From Cryomorpha sp. (GTDB lineage: Bacteria; Bacteroidota; Bacteroidia; Flavobacteriales_D; Cryomorphaceae): a stretch of DNA of 64,000 bases. Of the stretch, positions 36,045 through 45,412 are shown piece by piece (position 1 is the first letter of the stretch; every line of letters begins with the position of its first letter). Location: assembly GCA_965230375.1 (NCBI GenBank), contig CBDDKU010000029.1, positions 67,926-131,925 of the forward strand. The letters run 5' to 3'. The notes beneath the pieces were generated by a model. The model saw only the letters and a program-made list of their open reading frames with translations, searched no databases and was not told where the DNA came from. Made by a program: the position numbers and the translations under genes.

Positions 36045-38473
36045 TATCTCAGGCTGGCACCAAGGCTCGATTCAAGCTCGCGCTGTATGGCACCCATTGT
36101 CTTATCAATTACTTTATCGTTGAGCGTTTTTTCTGGATCTTGGAGAATAAAGCTCACTGCATAACTCTTCTTGCCATCGGGAAGGTTCTTGCCCTCATAA
36201 ACGTCAAAAAGGCCAACTTCTTGAACCAACTTTCCACCTCGCTTCAATCCTATGCGCTCTATATCGGCAAATGAGACAGCTGTATCGACTAGAAGGGATA
36301 AATCTCTTCTAACCGAAGGGAATTTAGGAAGTGCGGTGATTGTGGTAGCCGCGTGCTTCACCGTTTCCAGACAAGCGTCCATGTTGATCTCAGCCATCCA
36401 GACATCCTTCTTGATACCGTACTCCTTCAAGGCCTTTTTGGTAACCGGGCCAATCTGTCCGACCACTTTGTTGCGCACCTTAACTGAAACCCCAGCGCCG
36501 ATGAAGGCATCACCTTCGCTTACAGCCTGAACATATCGAACACCCATAAAATCGAGTGCGGACTCCAAATGCCCCTTGATGTCAGAAGCCCCTACTTCTT
36601 TGGCTGGATTATTCCAGTTTTCGCTCAATCTGCTTCCCGTCATCGTTAACGTTAGCATGGTGTTTTCCTTGTATCCACCTTCAGTTTTCAAGTAGCGCTT
36701 CCCTAATTCAAATAGTCGGAGACGCTCTGATTGCCGATTCAAATTGTAGGCAACACGCTCCAGCGAACTAACTACTAGGTTTGGTCGCAATACATCGAGT
36801 TCCTGACTCAATGGATTTAGCATAGGGACTAATTGGTTCTGCCCTTCATCACCTGTTACTGCTAAAATCTTTGAAGACTGTGTCAAACCATTTGACATCA
36901 TCTCATTAAACCCACGACCAGCGAGCATTTTGCTCATTCCAGAAAGAATCTCATGACGCGAAGGCTTGTCTTCAATAGAAACGGACATGCGCATATGTGT
37001 CGGCATCTCTACTGAATTGTATCCGTAAATACGAAGCACCTCTTCGATTACATCAACTTCTCTTGTCACATCTGCACGGTAGGTTGGAATACGCAATTTG
37101 TAGGTGTCAGAATCTTTTGAAATGACTTCAATATCAAGCGATTCGAAAAACGACTCAAGTTCGTTGTCTGAAAGTTTAGCACCTGATAGCACTTCAAATC
37201 GCTTGGTCGAAAATGGAACTTCAGCAGGAGTTGGTACTTCACTAACTTCATCAAAAACACCACCGTGCAATTCACCGCCCGCAATTTCCAGAATTAAATC
37301 CGTAGCTCTTTCCAGAGCATAAATAGTTCCGTTTGGATCCACGCCCCGCTCAAACCGGAACGAAGCATCCGTATTAAGTCCATGCCTTTTAGCGGTTTTT
37401 CTGACGCGAACAGGATTAAACCATGCACTTTCAAGAAAAATTCCTGTGGTAGAGTCAGTCACCCCACTATCAGCACCTCCAAACACTCCTGCGATACACA
37501 TACCCCCGTTGGCATTCGAGATCATCAAATCGCTTTCATCCAGCGTTCGCTCTTCCTCGTCAAGGGTCTTAAACTTGGTCCCTGTAGGAAGTGTATTCAC
37601 ACGTATCTGGTTGCCTTCAACTTTAGCTAAATCAAAAGCGTGCAAAGGCTGTCCGGTTTCGAGCTGAACGTAATTCGTGATATCAACGACATTATTAATT
37701 GGCGATTGCCCAACAGCTCTCAATCTATCTTGAAGCCATTTTGGCGAAGGACCAACCTTAAGCCCTTTTATCACTCGCCCTGCATATCGCCCGCAACCTT
37801 CCTTGTCTTCTATGGTGATGGAAAGCCCCATGTCTTTGGAAACAGGCGCTGGCATTTCTTTTATTGCTGGAAGCTTTGCGCGTGTTGGCTTTTTCAAATT
37901 GAGTCTGGCTGCCAAATCTCGCGCCGCTCCAAAATGACTAAAACCATCTGTTCTATTGGGTGTCAAGCCTATTTCAAGGATGTGATCAGACTCCATTCCG
38001 AGGTAGCTCGCAGCAGGTATCCCGACTTGGGTGTCAGCCGGAAGCACCATGATTCCATCATGACTCTCTCCGATTCCAAGCTCATCTTCGGCACAGATCA
38101 TCCCCATAGAAACTTCTCCGCGAATCTTGGCTTTTTTAATCTTAAAGACTTCCCCTGGTTTGGGTTCGAGAGTGGTACCGACAGTTGCTACCAACACTTT
38201 TTGGCCCGCTGCCACATTTGGAGCTCCACACACGATATCCAATGGCTCACCAGATCCCACATCAACCTTTGTCGTTTTCAACTTATCAGCATTAGGGTGC
38301 TTCGCTGTTTCCAGCACTTCTCCAACCACTACTCCGCGCAATCCACCTGGCAAAGAATCAAATTGCTCCACTTTCTCAATTTCGAGACCTGTATCGGTCA
38401 ATATTTCGGCAAGCTCTTCTGGCGAAAGGTCAAAATCGAGGTAGTCTTTAAGCCAATTGAAAGAAATTTTCAT
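36044..38473 (-). CDS. pheT: Phenylalanine--tRNA ligase beta subunit
   Basis: 809 aa. It starts MKISFNWLKDY, has a tRNA-binding domain (HPNADKL...V.CGA.NV), and has B3/4, B5 and FDX-ACB-like regions. Confidence 0.95.
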   Translation of the reverse strand: MKISFNWLKDYLDFDLSPEELAEILTDTGLEIEKVEQFDSLPGGLRGVVVGEVLETAKHPNADKLKTTKVDVGSGEPLDIVCGAPNVAAGQKVLVATVGTTLEPKPGEVFKIKKAKIRGEVSMGMICAEDELGIGESHDGIMVLPADTQVGIPAASYLGMESDHILEIGLTPNRTDGFSHFGAARDLAARLNLKKPTRAKLPAIKEMPAPVSKDMGLSITIEDKEGCGRYAGRVIKGLKVGPSPKWLQDRLRAVGQSPINNVVDITNYVQLETGQPLHAFDLAKVEGNQIRVNTLPTGTKFKTLDEEERTLDESDLMISNANGGMCIAGVFGGADSGVTDSTTGIFLESAWFNPVRVRKTAKRHGLNTDASFRFERGVDPNGTIYALERATDLILEIAGGELHGGVFDEVSEVPTPAEVPFSTKRFEVLSGAKLSDNELESFFESLDIEVISKDSDTYKLRIPTYRADVTREVDVIEEVLRIYGYNSVEMPTHMRMSVSIEDKPSRHEILSGMSKMLAGRGFNEMMSNGLTQSSKILAVTGDEGQNQLVPMLNPLSQELDVLRPNLVVSSLERVAYNLNRQSERLRLFELGKRYLKTEGGYKENTMLTLTMTGSRLSENWNNPAKEVGASDIKGHLESALDFMGVRYVQAVSEGDAFIGAGVSVKVRNKVVGQIGPVTKKALKEYGIKKDVWMAEINMDACLETVKHAATTITALPKFPSVRRDLSLLVDTAVSFADIERIGLKRGGKLVQEVGLFDVYEGKNLPDGKKSYAVSFILQDPEKTLNDKVIDKTMGAIQRELESSLGASLR

Positions 38474-38520
38474 GCGGAATAGGTTTAACTCGCAAAACTA
38501 AAAATAATGGGGTTAAACAC

Positions 38521-40620
38521 TTAGGAAATCAAGCTCCAATTGGGCTTTTTAAGAATTGTCTTCTCAGCCCATTTTTTGACCAGAACATTCTTGTCCATTT
38601 CGAGATTTGGATCTTCATCGAGCATGGTCAAAGCCGTGTTTCGTGCAAATTGCAAGACCTTTGAATCCTGAGCCAGATCAGCTAGTTTCAAATCGAGCAT
38701 TCCACTTTGCTGTGTCCCCATCATATCTCCAGGTCCACGGAGCTCCAAATCAACTTCGGCAATTCGAAATCCGTCATTGGTGTCGCACATGGTCTGTAAG
38801 CGCTTGCGACCATCGGCTGAGAGCTTATCGTCGGCTACCAACAAGCAGTACGACTTCTCAGCGCCCCGCCCCACCCTTCCGCGAAGCTGGTGCAATTGAC
38901 TGAGTCCAAAACGCTGAGCACTTTCAATAACCATCACAGAAGCATTTGGAACATTCACCCCAACTTCGATTACCGTCGTAGCTACCAAAATCTGCGTCTC
39001 TCCTTTCGCAAAGCGATTCATCTCAAACTCTTTATCTGCCGGCTTCATCTTGCCGTGAACGATACTGATCTGAAAATCGGGTTTTGGAAAACGGCGTGAA
39101 AGACTTTCATACCCATCCATTAAGTCTTTTAAATCGAGCGTTGTTGATTCTTCAATCAGGGGATAGACCACATAAACTTGGCGACCGCGTTTTATTTGGT
39201 CTTCCATAAATCCGAAAATGCGCAATCGCCCTGCATCAGAAAATTGCATGGTATCAATTGGCTTCCGTCCTGGAGGTAGTTCATCTATTGTACTCACTTC
39301 CAAATCACCGTACAGGGTCATCGCTAGCGTGCGTGGAATGGGAGTGGCTGTCATAACCAACACGTGTGGCGGGATGGCGTTCTTCTTCCACATTCTGGCA
39401 CGTTGCGCTACACCAAAGCGATGCTGCTCATCCACGATGGCTACACCTAAATTTTTGAACTGCACGGTAGGCTCAAGCAAAGCATGTGTCCCGATTAGGA
39501 TGTGGATTGTACCGTCTTCGATCCCTTGAAAAATCTCTTTTCGCTTTGCCGATTTTGTGGACCCAGTGAGGAGTTCCACCCGAAGACCTAAAGAATCAAA
39601 CATTTCGGAAAAGGACTCATAGTGCTGAATCGCAAGAATTTCCGTCGGAGCCATCACCGCTGCCTGAAACTCGTTATCAATTGCCATAAGAGCGGTGAGC
39701 GCCGCAACGATCGTTTTCCCACTACCCACATCTCCTTGCAATAGTCGGTTCATCTGGTGACCGCTCCTCATGTCAGCGCGTATTTCTTTCAGAACCCGCT
39801 TCTGAGCTCCTGTAAGGTCAAATGGTAAATGATTGTGAAAAAAGCTATCAAAGTATTGGCCGATTTCAGGAAGAACAAATCCACGAACAACCGTTGATCT
39901 CCGATTCTTTTTCATAAGCAATTCGAGCTGTATGTAGAAAAGCTCTTCAAACTTAATCCTACGCTGAGCATGCAATAAACTCGCTGATGACTGGGGTTGG
40001 TGGATATTCTTGTAGGCCTGTCTACGCGAAATTAGTTTCAGCTCTTCCTTTACGTAGTCAGGTAGGTTTTCTTCTAACGCGAAATCAGGTCTGCTGAGTA
40101 ATTCCTTAATTGACTTTTCGATTCCTTTGGAATTCAAGCCACGTTTGTTCAGTTTCTCTGTAGAGCTGTATACTGGTTGGATAAATCCACTTTGTAAGGC
40201 CTGCTCGTTAGCCAATTCTAGTTCGGGGTGTGCGATATTCAGAGTTCGATTGAAGACGCCCGTTTTGCCATAGGCTAGATACATTTGACCTGGCTTCAAA
40301 CTCTCTTTCAACCACTTAATCCCCTTAAACCAAATGAGTTCTATTTGTCCTGTTTCATCTCTGAGGTAAGACCGCATTCGCATCTTTCGGCCAGTGCCTT
40401 CCGTTGATATAGGACCCAGCACGCCTTTTAACTGAACGTACTGCGAAGTCTTGCCAATTTCTGAAATATGATGAAGCTTTGAGCGATCGGCGTATCGAAA
40501 TGGAAAATGCTCGAGCAACTGACCTGCGGATCGGATACCGAGCTCAGATGCCATCAGTTCAGCTCGAGCAGGCCCCATCCCCTTGATGTATTCGAGTTGC
40601 GTCTTCAGAAAATCGCTCAA
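38521..40620 (-). CDS. recG: ATP-dependent DNA helicase RecG
   Basis: Features: LQGDVGSGKT, DEQHRFGV, MTATPIPRT and QLHQLRGRVGRG. The ORF-track start (40794) runs through the E2 stop and a strong terminator. I place the start at the TTG at 40620 (MSDFLKTQLEYIKGMGP) or the ATG at 40578. Confidence 0.9.
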   Translation of the reverse strand: MSDFLKTQLEYIKGMGPARAELMASELGIRSAGQLLEHFPFRYADRSKLHHISEIGKTSQYVQLKGVLGPISTEGTGRKMRMRSYLRDETGQIELIWFKGIKWLKESLKPGQMYLAYGKTGVFNRTLNIAHPELELANEQALQSGFIQPVYSSTEKLNKRGLNSKGIEKSIKELLSRPDFALEENLPDYVKEELKLISRRQAYKNIHQPQSSASLLHAQRRIKFEELFYIQLELLMKKNRRSTVVRGFVLPEIGQYFDSFFHNHLPFDLTGAQKRVLKEIRADMRSGHQMNRLLQGDVGSGKTIVAALTALMAIDNEFQAAVMAPTEILAIQHYESFSEMFDSLGLRVELLTGSTKSAKRKEIFQGIEDGTIHILIGTHALLEPTVQFKNLGVAIVDEQHRFGVAQRARMWKKNAIPPHVLVMTATPIPRTLAMTLYGDLEVSTIDELPPGRKPIDTMQFSDAGRLRIFGFMEDQIKRGRQVYVVYPLIEESTTLDLKDLMDGYESLSRRFPKPDFQISIVHGKMKPADKEFEMNRFAKGETQILVATTVIEVGVNVPNASVMVIESAQRFGLSQLHQLRGRVGRGAEKSYCLLVADDKLSADGRKRLQTMCDTNDGFRIAEVDLELRGPGDMMGTQQSGMLDLKLADLAQDSKVLQFARNTALTMLDEDPNLEMDKNVLVKKWAEKTILKKPNWSLIS

Positions 40621-40645
40621 TTCAAATCGGATTAGAAGGGGTAAA

Positions 40646-40678
40646 AATAAAAAAGGCCGCTCGAAAGCGGCCTTTTTT
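40646..40678 (-). terminator. Strong bidirectional rho-independent terminator after the pdh genes
   Basis: AAAAAA-GGCCGC-TCGAAA-GCGGCC-TTTTTT, with the stem at 40655-40660 and 40667-40672. It has T-runs on both strands and lies 20 nt downstream of the E2 stop. Confidence 0.85.
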
Positions 40679-40697
40679 GAATTGAATATCGACTCGA

Positions 40698-41960
40698 TTA
40701 GTGAGCTAAAATCATAACTGGATTTTCCATGTATGCTTTGAAAGTCTGCAAGAATGCAGAACCAACGGCTCCGTCTACTGCACGGTGATCGCACGAAAGC
40801 GTGACTTTCATGGTATTTCCTACGACGATTTGTCCATTTTTCACCACAGGTTTCTCAACAATTGCTCCGACAGCCATAATACAGGCATCAGGTGGATTAA
40901 TGATCGCGGTAAATTCATCTATTCCGAACATTCCCAAATTAGAAATGGTGAAGGTATTACCCTCCCACTCCTGGGGTTGTAGTTTTTTATCTCGTGCCTT
41001 TCCGGCTAACTCCTTCACTTCTTCGTTAATGGCCAACATCGGCTTCGTATCTGCATGGCGAATAACCGGCACAAGTAGGCCTTCATCCACAGCAACGGCT
41101 ACGCCAATGTGCACGTGGCTATTATAACGAATACGGTCTCCAAGCCAAGAAGAGTTCACTTTTGGGTGTTTCTTCAGAGCCGCAGCGGCGCATTTAATCA
41201 CCATGTCATTGAATGAAATCTTAGATGGCTCAAGCGATGCATTGATAGCTTTTCTCGCTGCCATTGCCTGAGTCATGTCTATTTCCATGGTCAGGTAGAA
41301 GTGTGGAGCTGAGAATTTGCTTTCTCCCAACCGCTTCGCAATGACCTTTCTCATCTGAGAAACAGGCTCTTCAGTATAGCTTTCAACACCTTGAGATACA
41401 GACGACGTCGATGCTGATGAGCTTGATGGGCTATAGTTTTCAATATCGCGTTTCACTATACGGCCACCTTCGCCCGTACCTGAAACCGATGCAATGTCAA
41501 TACCTTTATCCTGAGCTAATTTCTTGGCCAGTGGCGAAGCTTTTATTCTACCACCATTGGTTCCAGATGTCTCTTTTGGAGCTTGCTCCTTCGTTTTCTC
41601 AGCTGATTCTTCTTCTGATTTTGAAGTCGATTCGTCTTTAGATTCTTTCTGTGCTTCATCTTTCGCAGGCTCTTCTTTTGCCTGGGCAGAATCTCCATCA
41701 ATCAACTCCTGAACATCTTCACCTTCTTCTCCGAGAATCGCGAGGATAGAGTCAACTGCAGCAGTTTGTCCTTTTTCAACACCTATGTAAAGCAGGGTTC
41801 CATCCTGGAAGGACTCAAACTCCATCGTTGCTTTATCTGTTTCGATATCAGCTAGGAGATCTCCAGATTCAACTGCATCTCCTACTTTTTTGTGCCACTC
41901 TGCCACAACACCTTCTTCCATGGTGTCGCTCAACTTGGGCATTCTAACGATTTCTGCCAT
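40698..41960 (-). CDS. pdhC: Pyruvate dehydrogenase complex dihydrolipoamide acetyltransferase (E2)
   Basis: 420 aa. It has a lipoyl domain (IETDKATMEFES), a charged Ala/Glu/Lys linker, a subunit-binding domain (ASPLAKKLA...GID) and a catalytic DHRAVDGA. Confidence 0.9.
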   Translation of the reverse strand: MAEIVRMPKLSDTMEEGVVAEWHKKVGDAVESGDLLADIETDKATMEFESFQDGTLLYIGVEKGQTAAVDSILAILGEEGEDVQELIDGDSAQAKEEPAKDEAQKESKDESTSKSEEESAEKTKEQAPKETSGTNGGRIKASPLAKKLAQDKGIDIASVSGTGEGGRIVKRDIENYSPSSSSASTSSVSQGVESYTEEPVSQMRKVIAKRLGESKFSAPHFYLTMEIDMTQAMAARKAINASLEPSKISFNDMVIKCAAAALKKHPKVNSSWLGDRIRYNSHVHIGVAVAVDEGLLVPVIRHADTKPMLAINEEVKELAGKARDKKLQPQEWEGNTFTISNLGMFGIDEFTAIINPPDACIMAVGAIVEKPVVKNGQIVVGNTMKVTLSCDHRAVDGAVGSAFLQTFKAYMENPVMILAH

Positions 41961-41966
41961 GTCTAT

Positions 41967-43004
41967 TTAGACTTTAACGTAAGGGTAATCGGTTTGGTAA
42001 TAAACATCTTCATAGAGTTCAGATGCTACTGGATCAGGTGATTCTTCAGCGAACTTAACAGACTGCTGCACGCGATCCTTCACTTTCTTATCTAACTCTT
42101 TTGTTTCTTCTTCGGTCATCCACTTATTCTCGAGAATCACATTTTTCACAGCGTTCATTGGGTCGATCGCCTTGTATGACTCAACTTCATCCTTTGTTCT
42201 ATACTTCTGCGGATCAGACATCGAGTGACCTTTGTAACGATACGTCTTCATCTCGAGAAGGTAAGGCCCCTTCCCTTCGCGACAATGCTTAGCTGCCTTG
42301 GCAAAAGCCTCGTGTACATCTTCGCATTTCATTGCATCTACCGATAAAGAAGGCATATCGTAGCTCATTCCGAGCTTGCTCATATCTTCAACATTCGATG
42401 TTCGCTTAACTGAAGTTCCCATAGCGTAGTGGTTGTTTTCAATAACAAAAACCACTGGAATGTTCCACGTCATAGCCATGTTGAAGGTTTCGTGCAAGAT
42501 TCCCTGTCTGGCTGCTCCATCCCCCATAAACGTATAAGTAACGTGCTTATCTCCTCGGTATTTGTCGGCAAAAGCGATACCCGCGCCAAGTGCAATTTGC
42601 GCACCTACAATTCCATGTCCGCCGAAAAGGTTCCGCTCTTTGTCAAACATGTGCATAGAACCACCTTTTCCTTTCGAAAGGCCTGTTGTCTTACCGTAAA
42701 GCTCAGCCATGACAAAATCGGGGTTAGTCCCTAGCACGAGCGGGTGTGCGTGATCTCTATAGGCGGTAATTACGCGATCTTCCTTGTCCATTGCCGAAGA
42801 CATACCAGCCAAGATCGCTTCTTGTCCGATGTAAAGGTGACAGAAGCCGCCGAATTTTTGTTGGATATATAGCTGTCCACACTTCTCTTCAAACCTTCTC
42901 ATCAAAAGGATTTTCTCATACCAGTCAATGTAGGTTTCCTTCGAGAACTTTGGCTTTTTCGCTCTAGAGCTAGCCTTAGGCTTAGTGGTCGTTTTTGTTG
43001 CCAT
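41967..43004 (-). CDS. pdhA: Pyruvate dehydrogenase E1 component alpha subunit
   Basis: 345 aa. Features: YRDH, GKGGSMH, GDGA..QG and VIENN.YAMGT (ThDP motif). No E1 beta gene is in the window. Confidence 0.9.
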   Translation of the reverse strand: MATKTTTKPKASSRAKKPKFSKETYIDWYEKILLMRRFEEKCGQLYIQQKFGGFCHLYIGQEAILAGMSSAMDKEDRVITAYRDHAHPLVLGTNPDFVMAELYGKTTGLSKGKGGSMHMFDKERNLFGGHGIVGAQIALGAGIAFADKYRGDKHVTYTFMGDGAARQGILHETFNMAMTWNIPVVFVIENNHYAMGTSVKRTSNVEDMSKLGMSYDMPSLSVDAMKCEDVHEAFAKAAKHCREGKGPYLLEMKTYRYKGHSMSDPQKYRTKDEVESYKAIDPMNAVKNVILENKWMTEEETKELDKKVKDRVQQSVKFAEESPDPVASELYEDVYYQTDYPYVKV

Positions 43005-43068
43005 TCTAATCTATATTGAACCGACAAATATACACAGAGGATGTTAGAATCACACTTTGATAAGAAAA

Positions 43069-43557
43069 CTACTTTCCCTTAAGATTCTCGTCATAAAACG
43101 ACATTGGAAGAAGCTGTTTGACAGATTCGTATATATCTACACCACCTTCAATTGAGCCACTGATAATTTTTATTGGTCTCTTTTGTTTTGATTCAAACTC
43201 AATCATGACTTGACGGCATGCTCCGCAAGGAGATATGCTCGAATTTGGCGAGCTTTTTTCAACAGCAATGGCTATAGCAACAATTTCTGCATCAGCATAT
43301 TGAGCTGCACCTGAAAACAATGCTACACGCTCGGCACACAAGCCGCTAGGGTAAGCCATGTTTTCCTGATTACTCCCAAGAACGATATGACCATTAGAAT
43401 ATGCCACCGCACTACCAACGCGATACTCACTGTAGGGCGCATATGCACTTTGCAAAGCTTCTACAGCCTTGAGGAAAAGTCTGAGATCATCTGGCGCTAA
43501 ATCATCCTTAGACTCAGCGTGCTCATAATCAATCTGTATAGATCTGGAGCGAATCAT
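43069..43557 (-). CDS. cdd: Cytidine deaminase
   Basis: 162 aa with the zinc motifs CAERVAL and PCGACRQV. Confidence 0.9.
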   Translation of the reverse strand: MIRSRSIQIDYEHAESKDDLAPDDLRLFLKAVEALQSAYAPYSEYRVGSAVAYSNGHIVLGSNQENMAYPSGLCAERVALFSGAAQYADAEIVAIAIAVEKSSPNSSISPCGACRQVMIEFESKQKRPIKIISGSIEGGVDIYESVKQLLPMSFYDENLKGK

Positions 43558-43583
43558 ACCGCCAAGTTAGAAACTTCAAGTAA

Positions 43584-44060
43584 TTATTTGGAAATAAGGC
43601 ACACACAGTAAGCGCTCACACCTTCTTCTCTACCCACATACCCAAGCTTTTCTGTGGTAGTAGCTTTGATTGAGACATCGTCTTCATCTACCCCCAGAAT
43701 TGGAGCAATCACACTCTTCATTTCGGGAATGAAAGGATTGATCTTCGGCTTTTGAAGACAAATAGTGCAATCGATGTTTCCGATGTCAAATCCCTTTTCG
43801 CGAACGAGTTCAACTGTTTTTTCCAATAGGATCTTGCTATCAATGCCTTTCAGCTTTGGATCGTTGTCTGGAAACTGGTAACCGATATCTCTGAGATTTG
43901 CCGCTCCTAACAAGGCATCACAGATCACGTGCAATAGGACGTCAGCATCTGAGTGACCAAAGGCCCCATGAGTATGCGGAATCTCTATCCCACCAAGAAC
44001 GAAAGGATGATCCTCACGCAATTGATGAACATCAAACCCTAATCCTACTTTGATTTTCAT
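43584..44060 (-). CDS. ispF: 2-C-methyl-D-erythritol 2,4-cyclodiphosphate synthase
   Basis: 158 aa. Features: GLGFDVH, HSDADVLLH.I.DALLGA and KATTTEKLG..GREEG. Confidence 0.95.
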   Translation of the reverse strand: MKIKVGLGFDVHQLREDHPFVLGGIEIPHTHGAFGHSDADVLLHVICDALLGAANLRDIGYQFPDNDPKLKGIDSKILLEKTVELVREKGFDIGNIDCTICLQKPKINPFIPEMKSVIAPILGVDEDDVSIKATTTEKLGYVGREEGVSAYCVCLISK

Positions 44061-44062
44061 GA

Positions 44063-45361
44063 TTATTCTGCTGGTGCAGAGCTAGATCCTCCACCATCTC
44101 CAAATCGGAAATTGAGAGAAAATCTAAGCGTGTTTGCCAATGGATTTCTCTGCTCCGTAGCGATTAGATAAGACAGGTCAACACCGAAAACTTTATAGCG
44201 GAATCCTGCACCAACTGTAAAGTATTGTCGGTTACCCTTTGTTGGATGCTCGTAGAAGTACCCTCCGCGAAATGCGAACTGATCAGCGTACCAGTATTCC
44301 AAACCTATCGAGTGATTGATTTCTCGAAGCTCTTCTCTAAATACGCTTCCATCTTCAACCTGAGCCGTACCATCACTATTTCTTTGAATCACCCCATCTT
44401 CATCAACCAGGACATTTCCGGGAGCATCAGCAAAAGAACCAAACATACCTGCAGCAACACCCACGTCTGGGTCTTTTCCAGCAATGATAAAGTTCGCGTC
44501 TCCAGTATACCCCGGATCACCAGACTTATCATAAACAGGTGGTGTAGGCACGAGTAGTTTATTTGCATCATAGGCAATCGTGATGCTATTGTACTCATCA
44601 AGATCAATTTTGAATGCCGTTCCTAATCTCAAGTTAGTCGGAAGAAAGTCTCTTTCTGCCGTATTTGTGTAAGAGACCTTGTTACCAATATTGGAAATCA
44701 CCATACCGAAGTTCAAAGTCGCATCTTTATCTCCCACACGAATATCATCGTTGGTATAGAATCCAGATACATCAACTGCAAAAGCATTTGCTGCCTTTGA
44801 ATCAGAGCCACCAACAGTCACACCACCAGTTAGGTTAGAATTTATCCATCTGGCAGTAATTCCTCCGCTAAAACGATCTGACAATTGAAGCGAGTAGCTC
44901 ACGTCAACAGCAAATTCTGCTGGTCTAAATGGACGGATTTCATTTCCGTTGCTATCCGTAAAGGTGATATCTCCGAGAGTAAAATATCTCAAACTTGCAC
45001 CTACCGCCGATGTTCTGTTTAACTTCATAAACCAAGAACCATAGGCTAGGTTCATATCATCAACTAGCTGACGTAACCATGGGCTATATGAGAAGCCTGC
45101 TTCCATCTCTTGTTCAGAAAAAGCCAGCTTAGCTGCATTCCAGTGTTGTGCGTTTACATCAGGTGATAGGGCAACACCTGCATCTCCCATCGCTCCAGAT
45201 CTTGAATCAGGGCTGATGAGCATAAAAGGCACTGCTGTTGTGATTGCGTTCAACTGGTCGCAATCGCTTCCGTTAATTGCTCCTGCACAGTCCACATTTT
45301 GAGAAAAAGCTTGTGAACTACCTAGGAGTGCTATCGATAAAAGAAAGGATATTCTCTTCAT
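44063..45361 (-). CDS. porV: T9SS outer-membrane shuttle/channel protein PorV (LptO)
   Basis: 432 aa with a signal peptide. TAVPFMLISPDSRSGAMGDAGVALSPD matches my memory of the PorV N-terminal signature. It has a beta-barrel-like C-terminal F and lies directly downstream of porU. Confidence 0.85.
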   Translation of the reverse strand: MKRISFLLSIALLGSSQAFSQNVDCAGAINGSDCDQLNAITTAVPFMLISPDSRSGAMGDAGVALSPDVNAQHWNAAKLAFSEQEMEAGFSYSPWLRQLVDDMNLAYGSWFMKLNRTSAVGASLRYFTLGDITFTDSNGNEIRPFRPAEFAVDVSYSLQLSDRFSGGITARWINSNLTGGVTVGGSDSKAANAFAVDVSGFYTNDDIRVGDKDATLNFGMVISNIGNKVSYTNTAERDFLPTNLRLGTAFKIDLDEYNSITIAYDANKLLVPTPPVYDKSGDPGYTGDANFIIAGKDPDVGVAAGMFGSFADAPGNVLVDEDGVIQRNSDGTAQVEDGSVFREELREINHSIGLEYWYADQFAFRGGYFYEHPTKGNRQYFTVGAGFRYKVFGVDLSYLIATEQRNPLANTLRFSLNFRFGDGGGSSSAPAE

Positions 45362-45412
45362 GAATGTTCTATAGAAGGGTGCAAATATAATTAATTTGAC
45401 TTCGCATCTGAA

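Noticed and set aside
37640-38482. 280-aa plus-strand ORF, with a nested 105-aa ORF, antisense to pheT.
   Set aside because: It lies entirely within the well-supported pheT coding region on the other strand. The composition is low-complexity, rich in Ser, Phe and Cys, with no motif. This is a typical shadow ORF.
38474-38520. AT-rich 7-bp inverted repeat (GTTTAAC/GTTAAAC) between recG and pheT as a terminator.
   Set aside because: The stem is weak and AT-rich, the loop is about 20 nt, and there is no T-run.
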